DNA of 64,000 nucleotides from Candidatus Wildermuthbacteria bacterium (GCA_016186115.1 JACPMK010000003.1:26470-90469); one strand, 5' to 3'. Shown: positions 19,555 through 30,126, counted from the stretch's first letter. The notes: generated by a model from the sequence alone, not told the origin. A program made the numbers and translations.

Positions 19555-21776
19555 AAAACGTTTTACTTATTATCGATTCAAATTCCTTAATTCATCGGGC
19601 ATATCACGCGCTCCCTCCGCTTTCGACTCAAAAGGGAGAACTTATTAATGCTGTCTACGGATTTTTGCAGATTTTTCTTCGATTGCTCAAAGAATTTCAT
19701 CCCCAATCAATTGCAGCCACGTTCGATCTCGATGGCCCGACTATTCGTTACCAAAAATTCCAAGCATACAAAGCAACGCGCCATAAAGCGCCCGATGAAT
19801 TGTATCGTCAAATCCCATATGTGCGCGACGTACTAAAGGTATTGCAAATCCCAATCTATGAAAAGCAAGGATTTGAGGCGGATGATGCGATTGGAACCAT
19901 CGTGCGGCAGGCAACCGAACAGTATCCTTCTCTTGAAATTATTATTGCGAGCGGCGATTTAGATACGCTGCAGCTCGTGAGCGATCGGGTGAGGGTATAC
20001 ACTTTGCGCAAAGGCATGGGGGATACTGTTTTGTACGACAAAGAAGGAGTTGCGAAACGATTTGGCGGGCTTAGCCCCTCCCAACTCCCTGATTACAAAG
20101 GACTATGCGGAGATGCTTCTGATAATATTCCGGGAGTCAATGGCATAGGGGAGAAAACAGCGATTCAGCTTTTGCAACGGTTCGGTTCCATTGAAGAATT
20201 GTACGCCTCCTTGGAGCGTGAAGACGAAAAAGCGCAAGCGATTTCTCCGGGCATTCGTACAAAGCTCTTGAAGGGAAGGGAGCAGGGATTATTTAGCAAG
20301 GAACTTGGAACGATCGAGAAAGCGGTTCCTATCTCTTTCGTGCTTCAGCAATTTTCTTTTGAGAATCTCTTCAAGCCCCAAGTTGCGCAAATGTTTCGTG
20401 AGCTTGAATTCCAGAAGCTTTTCCAGAGAATTCAGGAATTGAAAGAAGAGAAACGCGATGCACGGCAAAAAGAAACGTATGCCTCGCTCTATGAAGCCGA
20501 GGAGCAAATCTCTCAGATGTATCGCGAAGGCATTCTTTCTTCTCGTACGTTTTGTCTGGAGAAAAAACTTTTGCCGGTTCTGAAAGGGGCAGAGGAAATA
20601 GGAATGAAGATTGATGTTCCGTATTTTCAGCGGCTATCCAGCGAGGCGGCAAAAGAAATTGAAGAATTCCAGAAAACAATTTATCAAATCGCAGGCAAGG
20701 AATTTAACATGAATTCGCCACAGCAGCTTTCGAAAGTTTTATTTGAAGATTTGCAGCTTTCTCCTAAGGGGCTACGAAAGACCCCCGGAAGGGTTATTTC
20801 TACTGCCGCTCCCGAATTGGAAAAATTAAGACACGTTCACCCCATTATTGAGCGGCTGTTGGAATATCGGGAATTGCAAAAAATATTTACCACCTATATC
20901 AAAACCCTACCTTTGCTCGCAGACAGCAATTCAAGAGTTCATACCCATTTCCATCAGTTAGGCACTGCCACGGGCCGTATTTCTTCTTCGGAGCCCAATC
21001 TCCAGAATATCCCTATTCAGGGCGTGTGGGGCACGAAAATCCGCAAAGGATTTATTGCAGAACAGGGGTGGAAATTTGTTTCGTTTGATTACTCCCAGAT
21101 GGAGCTGCGTCTTGTAGCTCATATTTCCAAAGATCAGAACATGCAGGAGATTTTTGCCCAAGGAGCAGATATCCATCGTACCACGGCAGCGGAAGTGTTC
21201 GGTATTCCTCTTGAGCAGGTCACCAATGAAATGCGCTACAAGGCCAAGGCGTTGAACTTCGGCGTACTTTATGGCATGGGCGCGAATGGATTTGCCAGAG
21301 CAGCAGGAATTTCGCTAGAGGAGGCAGAAGAATTTATTGAAAATTATTTTTTGCAATTTCCCGGTATCAGAGAATATGTGGAGCATACCAAAGAATTTGC
21401 AAGAACGCATGGCTACGTGGAGACCCTGTGGGGAAGGAAGCGTTTTCTCCCCGATATTAACTCTCGCGTACCCCACTTGCGTTTTGCCGCAGAGCGCATG
21501 GCAATTAATCACCCCATTCAGGGGACTGCAGCCGATGTCATGAAAGAGGCAATGGCGCGCGCGTGGGAAAGCATATGCGGTTCTCAAGCCGGTTCGTGTC
21601 GTATGTTGCTTCAGATCCACGATGAATTGCTGTTCGAGCTCAAGGATGATATAATAACCCAAATTACTCCCGATATTCGGCGCATCATGGAGCGTGTTGA
21701 AACTTTTGCTGTCCCTCTACTTGTAGAAATGAAAATAGGAATTAATTGGGGCGAGATGCAAAAGTACCTTTCATGA
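19551..21776 (+). CDS. polA: DNA polymerase I (5'-3' exonuclease + polymerase, 3'-5' exo domain largely absent)
   Basis: HRAYHA, FEADD, GDASDNIPGV; TGRISS.PNLQN, DYSQMELR, KALNFGVLYG, QIHDEL. Confidence 0.97.
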   Translation: MKNVLLIIDSNSLIHRAYHALPPLSTQKGELINAVYGFLQIFLRLLKEFHPQSIAATFDLDGPTIRYQKFQAYKATRHKAPDELYRQIPYVRDVLKVLQIPIYEKQGFEADDAIGTIVRQATEQYPSLEIIIASGDLDTLQLVSDRVRVYTLRKGMGDTVLYDKEGVAKRFGGLSPSQLPDYKGLCGDASDNIPGVNGIGEKTAIQLLQRFGSIEELYASLEREDEKAQAISPGIRTKLLKGREQGLFSKELGTIEKAVPISFVLQQFSFENLFKPQVAQMFRELEFQKLFQRIQELKEEKRDARQKETYASLYEAEEQISQMYREGILSSRTFCLEKKLLPVLKGAEEIGMKIDVPYFQRLSSEAAKEIEEFQKTIYQIAGKEFNMNSPQQLSKVLFEDLQLSPKGLRKTPGRVISTAAPELEKLRHVHPIIERLLEYRELQKIFTTYIKTLPLLADSNSRVHTHFHQLGTATGRISSSEPNLQNIPIQGVWGTKIRKGFIAEQGWKFVSFDYSQMELRLVAHISKDQNMQEIFAQGADIHRTTAAEVFGIPLEQVTNEMRYKAKALNFGVLYGMGANGFARAAGISLEEAEEFIENYFLQFPGIREYVEHTKEFARTHGYVETLWGRKRFLPDINSRVPHLRFAAERMAINHPIQGTAADVMKEAMARAWESICGSQAGSCRMLLQIHDELLFELKDDIITQITPDIRRIMERVETFAVPLLVEMKIGINWGEMQKYLS

Positions 21777-22363
21777 GGATTTCTCTTTTTTCTCTTCTTA
21801 GCATCATCGTCATTGTGACAATCAGCATCAACGCTTTTTTTCTTGCGTTTATTCCCGAGCATTACTCCATTTTTTTTGCGACCCTGCTTATTTTTTTTAA
21901 TATGAGCGCCGGGGCTTTGGTTGGATTTCTCTTGCAGCGTGGAATTTTTACCCCCTTAAAACGTATTCAGAAAAGTTTGGATGAGATCAAAAAAGATAAT
22001 TTCGATCTTCAGATGCCTGCGCCCTTTGCGCAAGAGCTGCGCGATTTTGTGGGATCAATTCAGGTACTGCTTCAAAAAATACAGCAGAGTAAAAAGGAGA
22101 CAGAAGAAGCCCGTGCGGTGCTTGAGATTCGGGTAGGGGCAAGAACAAGAGAGCTTCGGGAGCTGGCCGATTCTCTGGAAGGAAAAATACAGGAACGCAC
22201 GAAAGAGCTTCAGGGGCGCGTAAAGGAATTGGAACGATTCCAAAAACTTGTCGTGGGAAGAGAGCTTTGGATGAGAGATCTTAAGAGGAGGAACCGCGAA
22301 TTGCAGGCACGATTACGCAAGGAAACAGAGGAAAAATTTGAAGAAGCAAAGGTCGGCAGTTGA
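21773..22363 (+). CDS. two-TM HAMP/coiled-coil signalling protein without kinase domain
   Basis: Two TM helices, PLKRI HAMP, LEIRVGARTREL and ELERFQKLVVGREL helices. Confidence 0.8.
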   Translation: MRISLFSLLSIIVIVTISINAFFLAFIPEHYSIFFATLLIFFNMSAGALVGFLLQRGIFTPLKRIQKSLDEIKKDNFDLQMPAPFAQELRDFVGSIQVLLQKIQQSKKETEEARAVLEIRVGARTRELRELADSLEGKIQERTKELQGRVKELERFQKLVVGRELWMRDLKRRNRELQARLRKETEEKFEEAKVGS

Positions 22364-22387
22364 TTAACTTTTCCATCGTATTTCTTT

Positions 22388-22801
22388 ATGGAATTTACCC
22401 TTGATATTGCAAAAAAAATCGCAGAAGCATGCGAGAAAAAAGCTCGTCAAATGGGCATCCCCATGGTAGTCGCGATAGTTGATGCCGGAGGAAATGCGGT
22501 ATTGGTAGAGCGCATGGACGGAGCAATGCTTGCGGGCGTTCAGATCGCGCAGGATAAAGCGTATACTGCTGCTGCCACAGGATTCGATACTCATCAGATC
22601 GCGCAAATTTCCCAGCCCGGGCAGATTGCATATGGGCTTGCAAATACGGACAGAGGAAGGATCGTTATTTTTGGAGGAGGCATCGTCTTAAAGCAGGGCC
22701 AAAAAACAGTAGGTGGAGTTGGAGCAAGTGGAGGACTCGCGAATCAGGATCAAGAAGTTGCACAAGCCGGAGCGGATGCATTTGCCAAGTCAGAAAAATA
22801 A
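22388..22801 (+). CDS. GlcG/HbpS family heme-binding protein
   Basis: VVAIVDAGG..ERMDGA, AQDKAYTA, FGGGI, VGGVGASGG..QD. Confidence 0.9.
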   Translation: MEFTLDIAKKIAEACEKKARQMGIPMVVAIVDAGGNAVLVERMDGAMLAGVQIAQDKAYTAAATGFDTHQIAQISQPGQIAYGLANTDRGRIVIFGGGIVLKQGQKTVGGVGASGGLANQDQEVAQAGADAFAKSEK

Positions 22802-22866
22802 TTTCCCCGTTTCGCAAGAGTAGTTATCTGTTTGGTTGTGCGCTTGCTTAACCATTCTTTTTTGCC

Positions 22867-25086
22867 ATGCCAGTAGCCAAGAAGTCAAAATCAGTATTGG
22901 CGGCGCTTGAACGCATCGCGTTTCATCTCCGTTTTCGGGGCAAGCTTGAGGACCTTCTGAATGATCTCACGCCATTTATTGGCGAGGCCTTTGGTGCGAA
23001 ATCAGTTGCAATATGGTTAGCTTCTGAAGATGGGAAATATCTTCGCATAGCAAGCTATTTTAATCTCACGCCCCAATTCGTTCAATTTTTTGCACAGCCC
23101 GAGCATTGGCCAAGACCCGGTCAGGGAGTCGTGGGGCGTTCTTTTGGAGAGAGGCGCATGTATGTAAAGCACGATCTTTTGAATCGCCCGGAAGTTCCAG
23201 AGACATGGAAAAACCTTCTTCGGAAGAAATATATCGAAGCGACGACATTGGTTTCCCATCCTCTTTTTGTGCAGAAAGACAAGCCCGTGGGGATCGTGAA
23301 CCTCTATTTTGCAGAAAAGAAAACATTTACTTCTCAGGAGCGCACTACTCTTAGTATTATTGCTTATCAATTGGGGGTCAGCATTGAAGGGCAGTCAATG
23401 TACAGTTCTTTGAGAGAAAATAGGGATGAATTGGTGCATGAGCGCGACCAGCTAGCCCATCTTCATCAGGCAGTGCAATCATTGAGGATCAGTGTTGAGA
23501 AGAATCTTTCTGAAATTCTCGATGAGCTGTCTGCCACCCTTGGGAAAGCGGTAGGGGCATCAGGGACTGCTATCTGGAAGGTAGCAGAGAAGGATCCCGA
23601 TTCCTTCCATATTTTTATGGCAAGCGGGATGAGCAAGGTATACGTTGATTACTTTAAGGGTCATCCCGTTCAGATATCATCTTTGGGCAGGTCCTCCCCG
23701 GTTGTTTTGGCGGCGCTAACTAAAAAGCCCGCTTTTGTTAATAATTTTTGGGATCCTGAAACAATAAAAAGATTCCCGCAAGGAATTCTCGATGCCATTA
23801 GCAAAGAACGCATTGCAACGGTCGCCTCCTTTCCTTTGTTTGATAAGGACGAGCTGTTCGGAGTTTTAAATTTTTATTTCGCAAAGGTTCATACGTATTC
23901 GCCAACTGAACGCTATATCCTGCAGGTAGCAGCAAATACCGTATCGATTGCAATCGAGAACACTGAATATCGCGAAGAACTTCAAGGAACTCAAAAGGCA
24001 TTGCTTAATATCCTTGAAGACGTTGATGAGTCAAGACAACGAGCCGAAGAAGAGCGTAATAAGACCCAGCTGATTATTGCCCATTTTGCCGATGGGCTTA
24101 TGGTTTTCAACGAACAAGGGCAGGTGGAGTTAGTCAATCCGCGGGCAGAGCAAATGCTGCGGCTTTCCAAGGAGCGCTTACTCCATAAGTCAACGGAGGA
24201 GTTGCGATCATTTCCTCAACTGAATTCCCTGCTTGCACTCCTCAAGGAGAAACCAGAAAGCGGATATCGCAAGGAATTCGAACTCTGGAAAAATACTTTT
24301 ATCGAGGTAAGCATTATTCTTCTCAAAGAGCGTGGGGGTGGCGAGGGAACGCTTCTCGTGGTGCACGATATTACCAGAGAGAAACAGATCGAGCGCTTAA
24401 AAACAGAATTTGTTTCTCTTGCTGCCCATCAGTTGCGTACTCCTCTTTCTGCAATCAAATGGACGTTGCGGATGCTTCTTGACGGAGATTTGGGGTCGCT
24501 CAACCCGGAACAGCGGGAGTTTATGGATAAAACCTATCAATCGAATGAACGCATGATCGCCCTGATTAATGATCTGCTCGACGTTACTCGCATTGAGGAG
24601 GGTCGGTATCTATATGCTCCCGGGCTGGCATCGATTGAGAAAGTGATTGAATCTGTGCTAGAATTATACAAAGAAGAGGCAAGGCGAAGAAATGTGGAAC
24701 TTGTCTTCCAGCGTCCCAAAGAGCAACTTCCTCAAGCGCTCGTTGATACGGGGAAAATCCAGTTAGCCATCGACAACCTTATTGACAATGCGCTACGTTA
24801 CAGCAGTGCTCAAGGCAAGGTGGTGGTGTCGATCGCGCAAGTCGGAGAAGAAATCAGGGTCAGTATTCAGGATGCCGGAGTGGGAATCCCGGGAGAAGAG
24901 CAAAAACGCGTATTTCAAAAATTTTTCAGAGCAAGCAACGCCCGAACCATCGATACAGAGGGGTCAGGGCTTGGGCTGTACCTCGTAAAGAATATCATCG
25001 AAGCCCACAAGGGGAGGGTGGAGTTTGCCTCCGAAGAGGGGAAGGGCACCACATTTTTCTTGACTATTCCCTTGGCAAAATCATGA
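22867..25086 (+). CDS. cytoplasmic GAF-GAF-PAS sensor histidine kinase
   Basis: Two GAF-like repeats, PAS; HQLRTPL, NLIDNALRY, DAGVGI, GSGLGL. Confidence 0.95.
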   Translation: MPVAKKSKSVLAALERIAFHLRFRGKLEDLLNDLTPFIGEAFGAKSVAIWLASEDGKYLRIASYFNLTPQFVQFFAQPEHWPRPGQGVVGRSFGERRMYVKHDLLNRPEVPETWKNLLRKKYIEATTLVSHPLFVQKDKPVGIVNLYFAEKKTFTSQERTTLSIIAYQLGVSIEGQSMYSSLRENRDELVHERDQLAHLHQAVQSLRISVEKNLSEILDELSATLGKAVGASGTAIWKVAEKDPDSFHIFMASGMSKVYVDYFKGHPVQISSLGRSSPVVLAALTKKPAFVNNFWDPETIKRFPQGILDAISKERIATVASFPLFDKDELFGVLNFYFAKVHTYSPTERYILQVAANTVSIAIENTEYREELQGTQKALLNILEDVDESRQRAEEERNKTQLIIAHFADGLMVFNEQGQVELVNPRAEQMLRLSKERLLHKSTEELRSFPQLNSLLALLKEKPESGYRKEFELWKNTFIEVSIILLKERGGGEGTLLVVHDITREKQIERLKTEFVSLAAHQLRTPLSAIKWTLRMLLDGDLGSLNPEQREFMDKTYQSNERMIALINDLLDVTRIEEGRYLYAPGLASIEKVIESVLELYKEEARRRNVELVFQRPKEQLPQALVDTGKIQLAIDNLIDNALRYSSAQGKVVVSIAQVGEEIRVSIQDAGVGIPGEEQKRVFQKFFRASNARTIDTEGSGLGLYLVKNIIEAHKGRVEFASEEGKGTTFFLTIPLAKS

Positions 25087-25126
25087 GGCCCTTTGCCTAA
25101 CGCAAGCTATACAGTACAATAGAAGT

Positions 25127-25504
25127 ATGGATGCAAAAAAAATTTTACTTATTGAAGACGAGGAACTTCTTGCGGGAGTTTTGCAAAGGAAACTCCAGGA
25201 GAGCGGCTATGTGGTTACTGTTGCGCAGGATGGAGAAATTGGAATCGAAAAGGTAAGAAAAGAAAAACCCGATCTCATTCTGCTTGACATGCTGTTGCCC
25301 AAAAAAGATGGGATGGAAGTTCTTGAGGATATTCGTGGCGATGCTGAACTTTCTTATATTCCTGTCATTATTATTTCAAATTCAGGTCAGCCAGTGGAAA
25401 TCGAACGAGCCAAAGAATTGGGCGTTCAGGATTGGCTCGTGAAAACAGATTTTGATCCAAAAGAGGTCGTAGAAAAAGTAAATCGTTATCTTTTTTCCCA
25501 GTAA
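25127..25504 (+). CDS. single-domain response regulator
   Basis: LIEDE, LLDMLLP, ISN, VK. Confidence 0.93.
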   Translation: MDAKKILLIEDEELLAGVLQRKLQESGYVVTVAQDGEIGIEKVRKEKPDLILLDMLLPKKDGMEVLEDIRGDAELSYIPVIIISNSGQPVEIERAKELGVQDWLVKTDFDPKEVVEKVNRYLFSQ

Positions 25505-25508
25505 TGCT

Positions 25509-25889
25509 ATGGCAAGTATTTTGGTTGTAGAGGATGATAAGTTTTTGCGAGAACTCATCGTACAGAAACTTCTTAAAGAAGGATACGAGGTTTCTGAAGC
25601 GGTTGATGGCGAGGCAGGCGTAAAAAAGGTAAAAGAAGAGAACCCCAATTTAGTTCTTTTGGATTTGATTCTGCCGGGTATCGATGGCTTTGAAGTTTTG
25701 CGGCAGGTAAAAAGCGATGTCTCGACCGCAAAGACCCCGGTCATTATTCTTTCTAATTTGGGGCAGCAGGAAGATGTGGAAAAGGGAATAAAGCTTGGGG
25801 CAGTGGATTATCTTATCAAGGCGCACTTTACGCCCGGAGAGATCATTGAAAAAATCCGAACGATTATTGAAAACGCAGCAGCAAAATAG
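25509..25889 (+). CDS. single-domain response regulator
   Basis: VEDD, LLDLILP, LSNL, YLIK. Confidence 0.93.
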   Translation: MASILVVEDDKFLRELIVQKLLKEGYEVSEAVDGEAGVKKVKEENPNLVLLDLILPGIDGFEVLRQVKSDVSTAKTPVIILSNLGQQEDVEKGIKLGAVDYLIKAHFTPGEIIEKIRTIIENAAAK

Positions 25890-25967
25890 AGATACCTCCT
25901 CTTTCTTATTTGATTTTTGATTATTGCCGACTTCTTTTGCTCAAGTCGGATTTTTTTACCAATTTTT

Positions 25968-26927
25968 ATGATTATTCTTATTGCGGGTCCCGATACCTAT
26001 CGTTCGCGGCAGAAAATAAGGGCAATTATCAAGCGCTATCATCAGCTCTATCCGAGCGGATTTTATATGCACCAGTGGAATGGCCCGGAGATTGATGGTG
26101 AGGAGTTAAGGCGAGAACTTTTTACCCCCTCAATGTTTCAAGAAAAAAAGCTCTTTCTTTTTTTCAATTGCTTTGCGAGTCCTGTTCTCCAGGAATTCGT
26201 TATGAATTTGAAAGAAGATATGCTGAAGGGGAAAGGGATTGTTCTTATTTTTTTTGACGAGAATGCTCCCGTCTCCGCCCCCTTTCGTAAATTTCTTGAG
26301 CGACTTGCTGCGTTCGCTCAAGAATTTCCTTTTCTGAAAGGTGCCCAGCTGAATCAATGGATTAGAAAACGATTTCAAGCATATGGTATTGCCGGGATTT
26401 CTGCTTCTCTTATCGCGCAGCTTCAACAAGAAATTGGAGGAGATCTCTGGCGCATGGAACAGGAGATTCGCAAGCTCGCAGCATTTCTTCGGGCCCCTCG
26501 TCAAAAGGAAAGCAATTCTGATCTTAAGCTCCTATTGCCTTTCTCGATAGAGACAGATGCATTTCGCATCATTGATTGCATTGTGAAAAGCAAGAGTAAA
26601 GAAGGTCTGGCATTGCTGCGGGCGTATGAAGCGCAGGGCGTCTCCCCCTTTCCTCTTTTTTCTCTCCTTGGTTCTCAAATACGAAAAATGCTTGAGATAA
26701 AAGAAATGCAGCAGAATAAAAAACCATACGAAGAAATTCAAAAGAAAATGGCGCTCCACCCCTACGCCTTCAAAACCCTGTATGGGATGGCGCAGAATAT
26801 AGAATTTGGCAAAATAAAAGATCTTTATAAGAAGATCTTTGCGATAGACACCAACGTAAAGACAGGAACTCGAGAGCTTGAAGAATCTCTTGAGCTACTT
26901 GCTGTTGGTTTTGAGAGAATTAAATAG
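25968..26927 (+). CDS. holA: DNA polymerase III delta subunit
   Basis: MIILIAGPDTY, SMF, GGDLWRMEQEIRKL, HPY, D..VKTG. Confidence 0.85.
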   Translation: MIILIAGPDTYRSRQKIRAIIKRYHQLYPSGFYMHQWNGPEIDGEELRRELFTPSMFQEKKLFLFFNCFASPVLQEFVMNLKEDMLKGKGIVLIFFDENAPVSAPFRKFLERLAAFAQEFPFLKGAQLNQWIRKRFQAYGIAGISASLIAQLQQEIGGDLWRMEQEIRKLAAFLRAPRQKESNSDLKLLLPFSIETDAFRIIDCIVKSKSKEGLALLRAYEAQGVSPFPLFSLLGSQIRKMLEIKEMQQNKKPYEEIQKKMALHPYAFKTLYGMAQNIEFGKIKDLYKKIFAIDTNVKTGTRELEESLELLAVGFERIK

Positions 26928-27170
26928 CCGGGTGAGACGCGATTTTTTTCTCGCAGCGGTATTTTTTTCTATAACTCTTCGTTTCGCGGCTTTATCGAGG
27001 ACTTGATAAAGCCGGGGAAGAAATTGCTTCGCCTCCTCGATATTTTTTTGGCCCGCAAGTTCTCTCATCTTTTTTACCGCTGTTCTAATCTCTTGCCTCG
27101 CCCCCCGATTTTTGAGCATTCTTCGTTTGCTTTGGCGAAGTGCTTTTTTTGCTGATTTTGTAATTGGCAT
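26895..27170 (-). CDS. rpsT: 30S ribosomal protein S20
   Basis: MPITKSAKKALRQ, LDKAAK, KNTAARKKSRL. Confidence 0.97.
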   Translation of the reverse strand: MPITKSAKKALRQSKRRMLKNRGARQEIRTAVKKMRELAGQKNIEEAKQFLPRLYQVLDKAAKRRVIEKNTAARKKSRLTRLFNSLKTNSK

Positions 27171-27233
27171 ACGCAACTATCCTATCACTGCCCCTCTCTT
27201 TTTGCAAGAGCCACGTCATACGTGGCAAGAGCA

Positions 27234-29180
27234 TCACTTCTTTTGAAGTGTCTTAATCAAATCGCGAATTTGGGCAGCACGCTCAAAGTCGAGATTATCT
27301 GCGGCATCCTTCATTTCTCTTCCGAGAATTGCAGTGTCTTTGATAAGCGCGAGCTCTGCTTCGACTGCCTCGTGTTTTTGGTCCGCAGCAAACTCCCATT
27401 TCCGAATTTCTTTGATAATTGGTTGTGGAGTAATGCCATGCGCTTGATTGTATGTTTCCTGAATTTTTCTTCTTCGGGAAACCTCGTTCATTGCTGCTTT
27501 CATGGAGCCGGTAATTTTATCGGCAAAAAGAATAACCCTACCTTCGGGATGGCGCGCAGCTCGCCCCATGGTTTGAATGAGGGTGGTATCGTTGCGCAAG
27601 AATCCTTCTTTATCTGCATCGAGAATTGCCACGAGCGCCACTTCGGGGATATCGAGTCCCTCCCGAAGAAGATTAATGCCTACAATCACGTCGAAATCGC
27701 CCCTTCGAAATTGTTCAAGAATGGCAGGGCGTTCCAGCGTTTTTACCTCTGAATGGAGCCAGCGGGTTCGTATCCCATGGTCTTCAAAATAGAGAGCCAC
27801 TTCTTCGGCAAGGCGTTTTGTAAGGGTGATTACGAGGGCGCGCTGCTGCTTTGCCTGAAGCTTCTTGAGTTCTGTAATGAGATTCTGAATCTGATTTTTG
27901 GTTGGTTTTATTGCAATTGCTGGTTCCAAAAGTCCGGTCGGCCGTATGAGTTGCTCGACAATATGTTCTCTTCCTGCTTGATTTTCTTCCCATTCTCCCG
28001 GAGTCGCAGAAACATACATGAGTTGCGATGCTTTTGCAAGGAATTCCTTAAAAGCAAGGGGCCTGTTGTCAATTGCAGAAGGCAATCGGAATCCATGTTC
28101 AATAAGGGTTTGTTTGCGTATTCGATCTTGCACAGACATGGCCCGCAATTGGGGAATGGTGAGATGGCTCTCATCGATGCATACCAGAAAATCATCAGGA
28201 AAATAGTCAAGCAGCGTGAAGGGGGCAGAGCCGGGGGCCCGAAATTCCATGTGTCGCGAATAATTTTCAATTCCATGGCAATAGCCGGATTCCTCAATCA
28301 TTTCGAGATCGTAATTGGTGCGTTGTTCCAAACGCTGGGCTTCAAGTAATTTTCCTTGGGCTTTTAATTTCTGTAGCTGATCAGCAAGTTCCAGCCGGAT
28401 ATTCTGCAACGCAATTTTGAGTTTTGCTTGCGGCGTCAGCCAAAACTTTGCAGGGTACAATTTATACGTACCCTCAAGGGGCTCGTACGTTGGATGGAGG
28501 GCATTCTCTGTAATGGAAATTTGTTCGATGATGTCACCGGTGAATTCAACCCTTACAATTTCTTTTCCCGTGATAAGAAATAGTTCAACAGTGTTTCCTC
28601 GCACGCGGAATGTGCCGGGCTTAAAATCCGTGTCATTTCTTGTATACTGGAGCGTGGTAATGTGCGCAAGAAGTTCTCTTCTTCTTATTTCTTGCCCCGG
28701 CCGGATTTCCAAGGCAATTTTTTGATATTCTTCGGGCGAGCCAATGTTATAAATGCATGAAACCGAAGCAACAACAATCACGTCATTGCGCGAGAGCACA
28801 TCCTGCACTGCTTCGTGGCGAAGGCGGTCGATCGTTTCATTGATTTGCGCGTCCTTTTCAATATAGGTATCGGTTTGGGGGATATAGGCCTCGGGCTGAT
28901 AGTAGTCGTAGTAAGAAACAAAATAATGTACGCCGTTTTTTGGGAAAAATTCTTTGAATTCCTGATAGAGTTGAGCCGCCAATGTTTTGTTGGGAGAAAT
29001 GACCAGCACGGGTTTTTGAACCTTGGAAACAACATTGGACATGGTAAAGGTTTTGCCGCTTCCGGTCACGCCCAAAAGCACTTGTTGGGGAGTCCCAGCT
29101 CGGATATTTTTTACCAACTGTTCAATCGCCTTCGGCTGATCTCCAGTTGGTTTGAATTTTGATACGAGTTCGAATTCCAT
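27234..29180 (-). CDS. uvrB: excinuclease ABC subunit B
   Basis: PTGDQP, GVTGSGKT, YYDYYQPEAY, DESH, GRAAR; start MEFELVSKF at 29180. Confidence 0.98.
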   Translation of the reverse strand: MEFELVSKFKPTGDQPKAIEQLVKNIRAGTPQQVLLGVTGSGKTFTMSNVVSKVQKPVLVISPNKTLAAQLYQEFKEFFPKNGVHYFVSYYDYYQPEAYIPQTDTYIEKDAQINETIDRLRHEAVQDVLSRNDVIVVASVSCIYNIGSPEEYQKIALEIRPGQEIRRRELLAHITTLQYTRNDTDFKPGTFRVRGNTVELFLITGKEIVRVEFTGDIIEQISITENALHPTYEPLEGTYKLYPAKFWLTPQAKLKIALQNIRLELADQLQKLKAQGKLLEAQRLEQRTNYDLEMIEESGYCHGIENYSRHMEFRAPGSAPFTLLDYFPDDFLVCIDESHLTIPQLRAMSVQDRIRKQTLIEHGFRLPSAIDNRPLAFKEFLAKASQLMYVSATPGEWEENQAGREHIVEQLIRPTGLLEPAIAIKPTKNQIQNLITELKKLQAKQQRALVITLTKRLAEEVALYFEDHGIRTRWLHSEVKTLERPAILEQFRRGDFDVIVGINLLREGLDIPEVALVAILDADKEGFLRNDTTLIQTMGRAARHPEGRVILFADKITGSMKAAMNEVSRRRKIQETYNQAHGITPQPIIKEIRKWEFAADQKHEAVEAELALIKDTAILGREMKDAADNLDFERAAQIRDLIKTLQKK

Positions 29181-29195
29181 GTATAGTGGAGTAAC

Positions 29196-29762
29196 ATGCT
29201 TTCTTATCTCAAGGGCAAAGTGCTGCATAAAGGAGCCGGTTTTCTTATTCTCAATGTCAACAACGTTGGCTATAAGATTTTTGCTACAAAGAATATACAA
29301 GAACGAGCAAAAGAAGGAGAAGAATGCGAGGTATTTTGTTTCTTCCACCTTCGCGAGGACGCTGCTGAACTTTATGGCTTGCCGAGCATTGAAGCCCTCC
29401 AGCTGTTTGAGGCCTTGAACGATATTCAGGGCATTGGCCCCAGGGCCGCACTTGCCCTCTCTTCTCTTGGTAGCATAGAGGAACTGAAAAAAGCAATCGA
29501 AACAGGAAATCAAAAATTTTTCGAGGGAGTAAGGGGCATCGGGACAAAAAAACTTCAGAAGATCATGCTGGAACTTACGGGCAAGATAGAGAATATCGCG
29601 CAAAAGCGATCAATGGGCAAAAAAGACGAGGCAGTTGAGGCATTAGTAACGCTCGGATTTTCCCGTGCAGACGCAGCAGATGCGTTGTCGCAAATCTCGA
29701 CCGACATCCTCGACACCGGCCAGCGCGTAAAAGAAGCGCTGAAGTTTTTGGGGAGGGCTTGA
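29196..29762 (+). CDS. ruvA: Holliday junction branch migration protein RuvA
   Basis: NVGY, HLRED..LYG, GIGPRAAL, GIGTK, EALVTLGF. Confidence 0.96.
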   Translation: MLSYLKGKVLHKGAGFLILNVNNVGYKIFATKNIQERAKEGEECEVFCFFHLREDAAELYGLPSIEALQLFEALNDIQGIGPRAALALSSLGSIEELKKAIETGNQKFFEGVRGIGTKKLQKIMLELTGKIENIAQKRSMGKKDEAVEALVTLGFSRADAADALSQISTDILDTGQRVKEALKFLGRA

Positions 29763-29838
29763 CGCGCTTTTATGTTTGGGCGTAAATAAAAGTAAGGTCT
29801 TGAGGTGTGTAGCAAAGCCGAGAAAAGGGAGGCGTGCT

Positions 29839-30102
29839 ATGACAACCGATCGCACCGAAAGATTGGAGCAGGAGGAGGTGGAGGGGACAAGGAAAAAGTA
29901 TGCGGCAACAAAAGCAGTAGTTCGGGAATTTGCAATACGAGTTATCCTCAAGGGAGAGGAGCTTTCGAAAGAGGAAAAACAAATGAATCGGAATGCACTA
30001 CAGTACCTCTTTTCCGACCAAACGCGCGAACTTGCGCACGGGTTAACAAAAGCAGAGATCGTGCTCGATGTTTTTAGAGGATTCTTTGCTCGGAAGACTT
30101 AG
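29839..30102 (+). CDS. small orphan protein (87 aa)
   Basis: aaagggagg SD before ATG; followed by long hairpin. Confidence 0.55.
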   Translation: MTTDRTERLEQEEVEGTRKKYAATKAVVREFAIRVILKGEELSKEEKQMNRNALQYLFSDQTRELAHGLTKAEIVLDVFRGFFARKT

Positions 30103-30126
30103 AAAGGAGAATGAGTGATGTTCTTT

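Noticed and set aside
29181..29603. 141-aa N-terminal extension of UvrB in the ORF track
   Set aside because: Antisense to ruvA; UvrB homology starts at 29180
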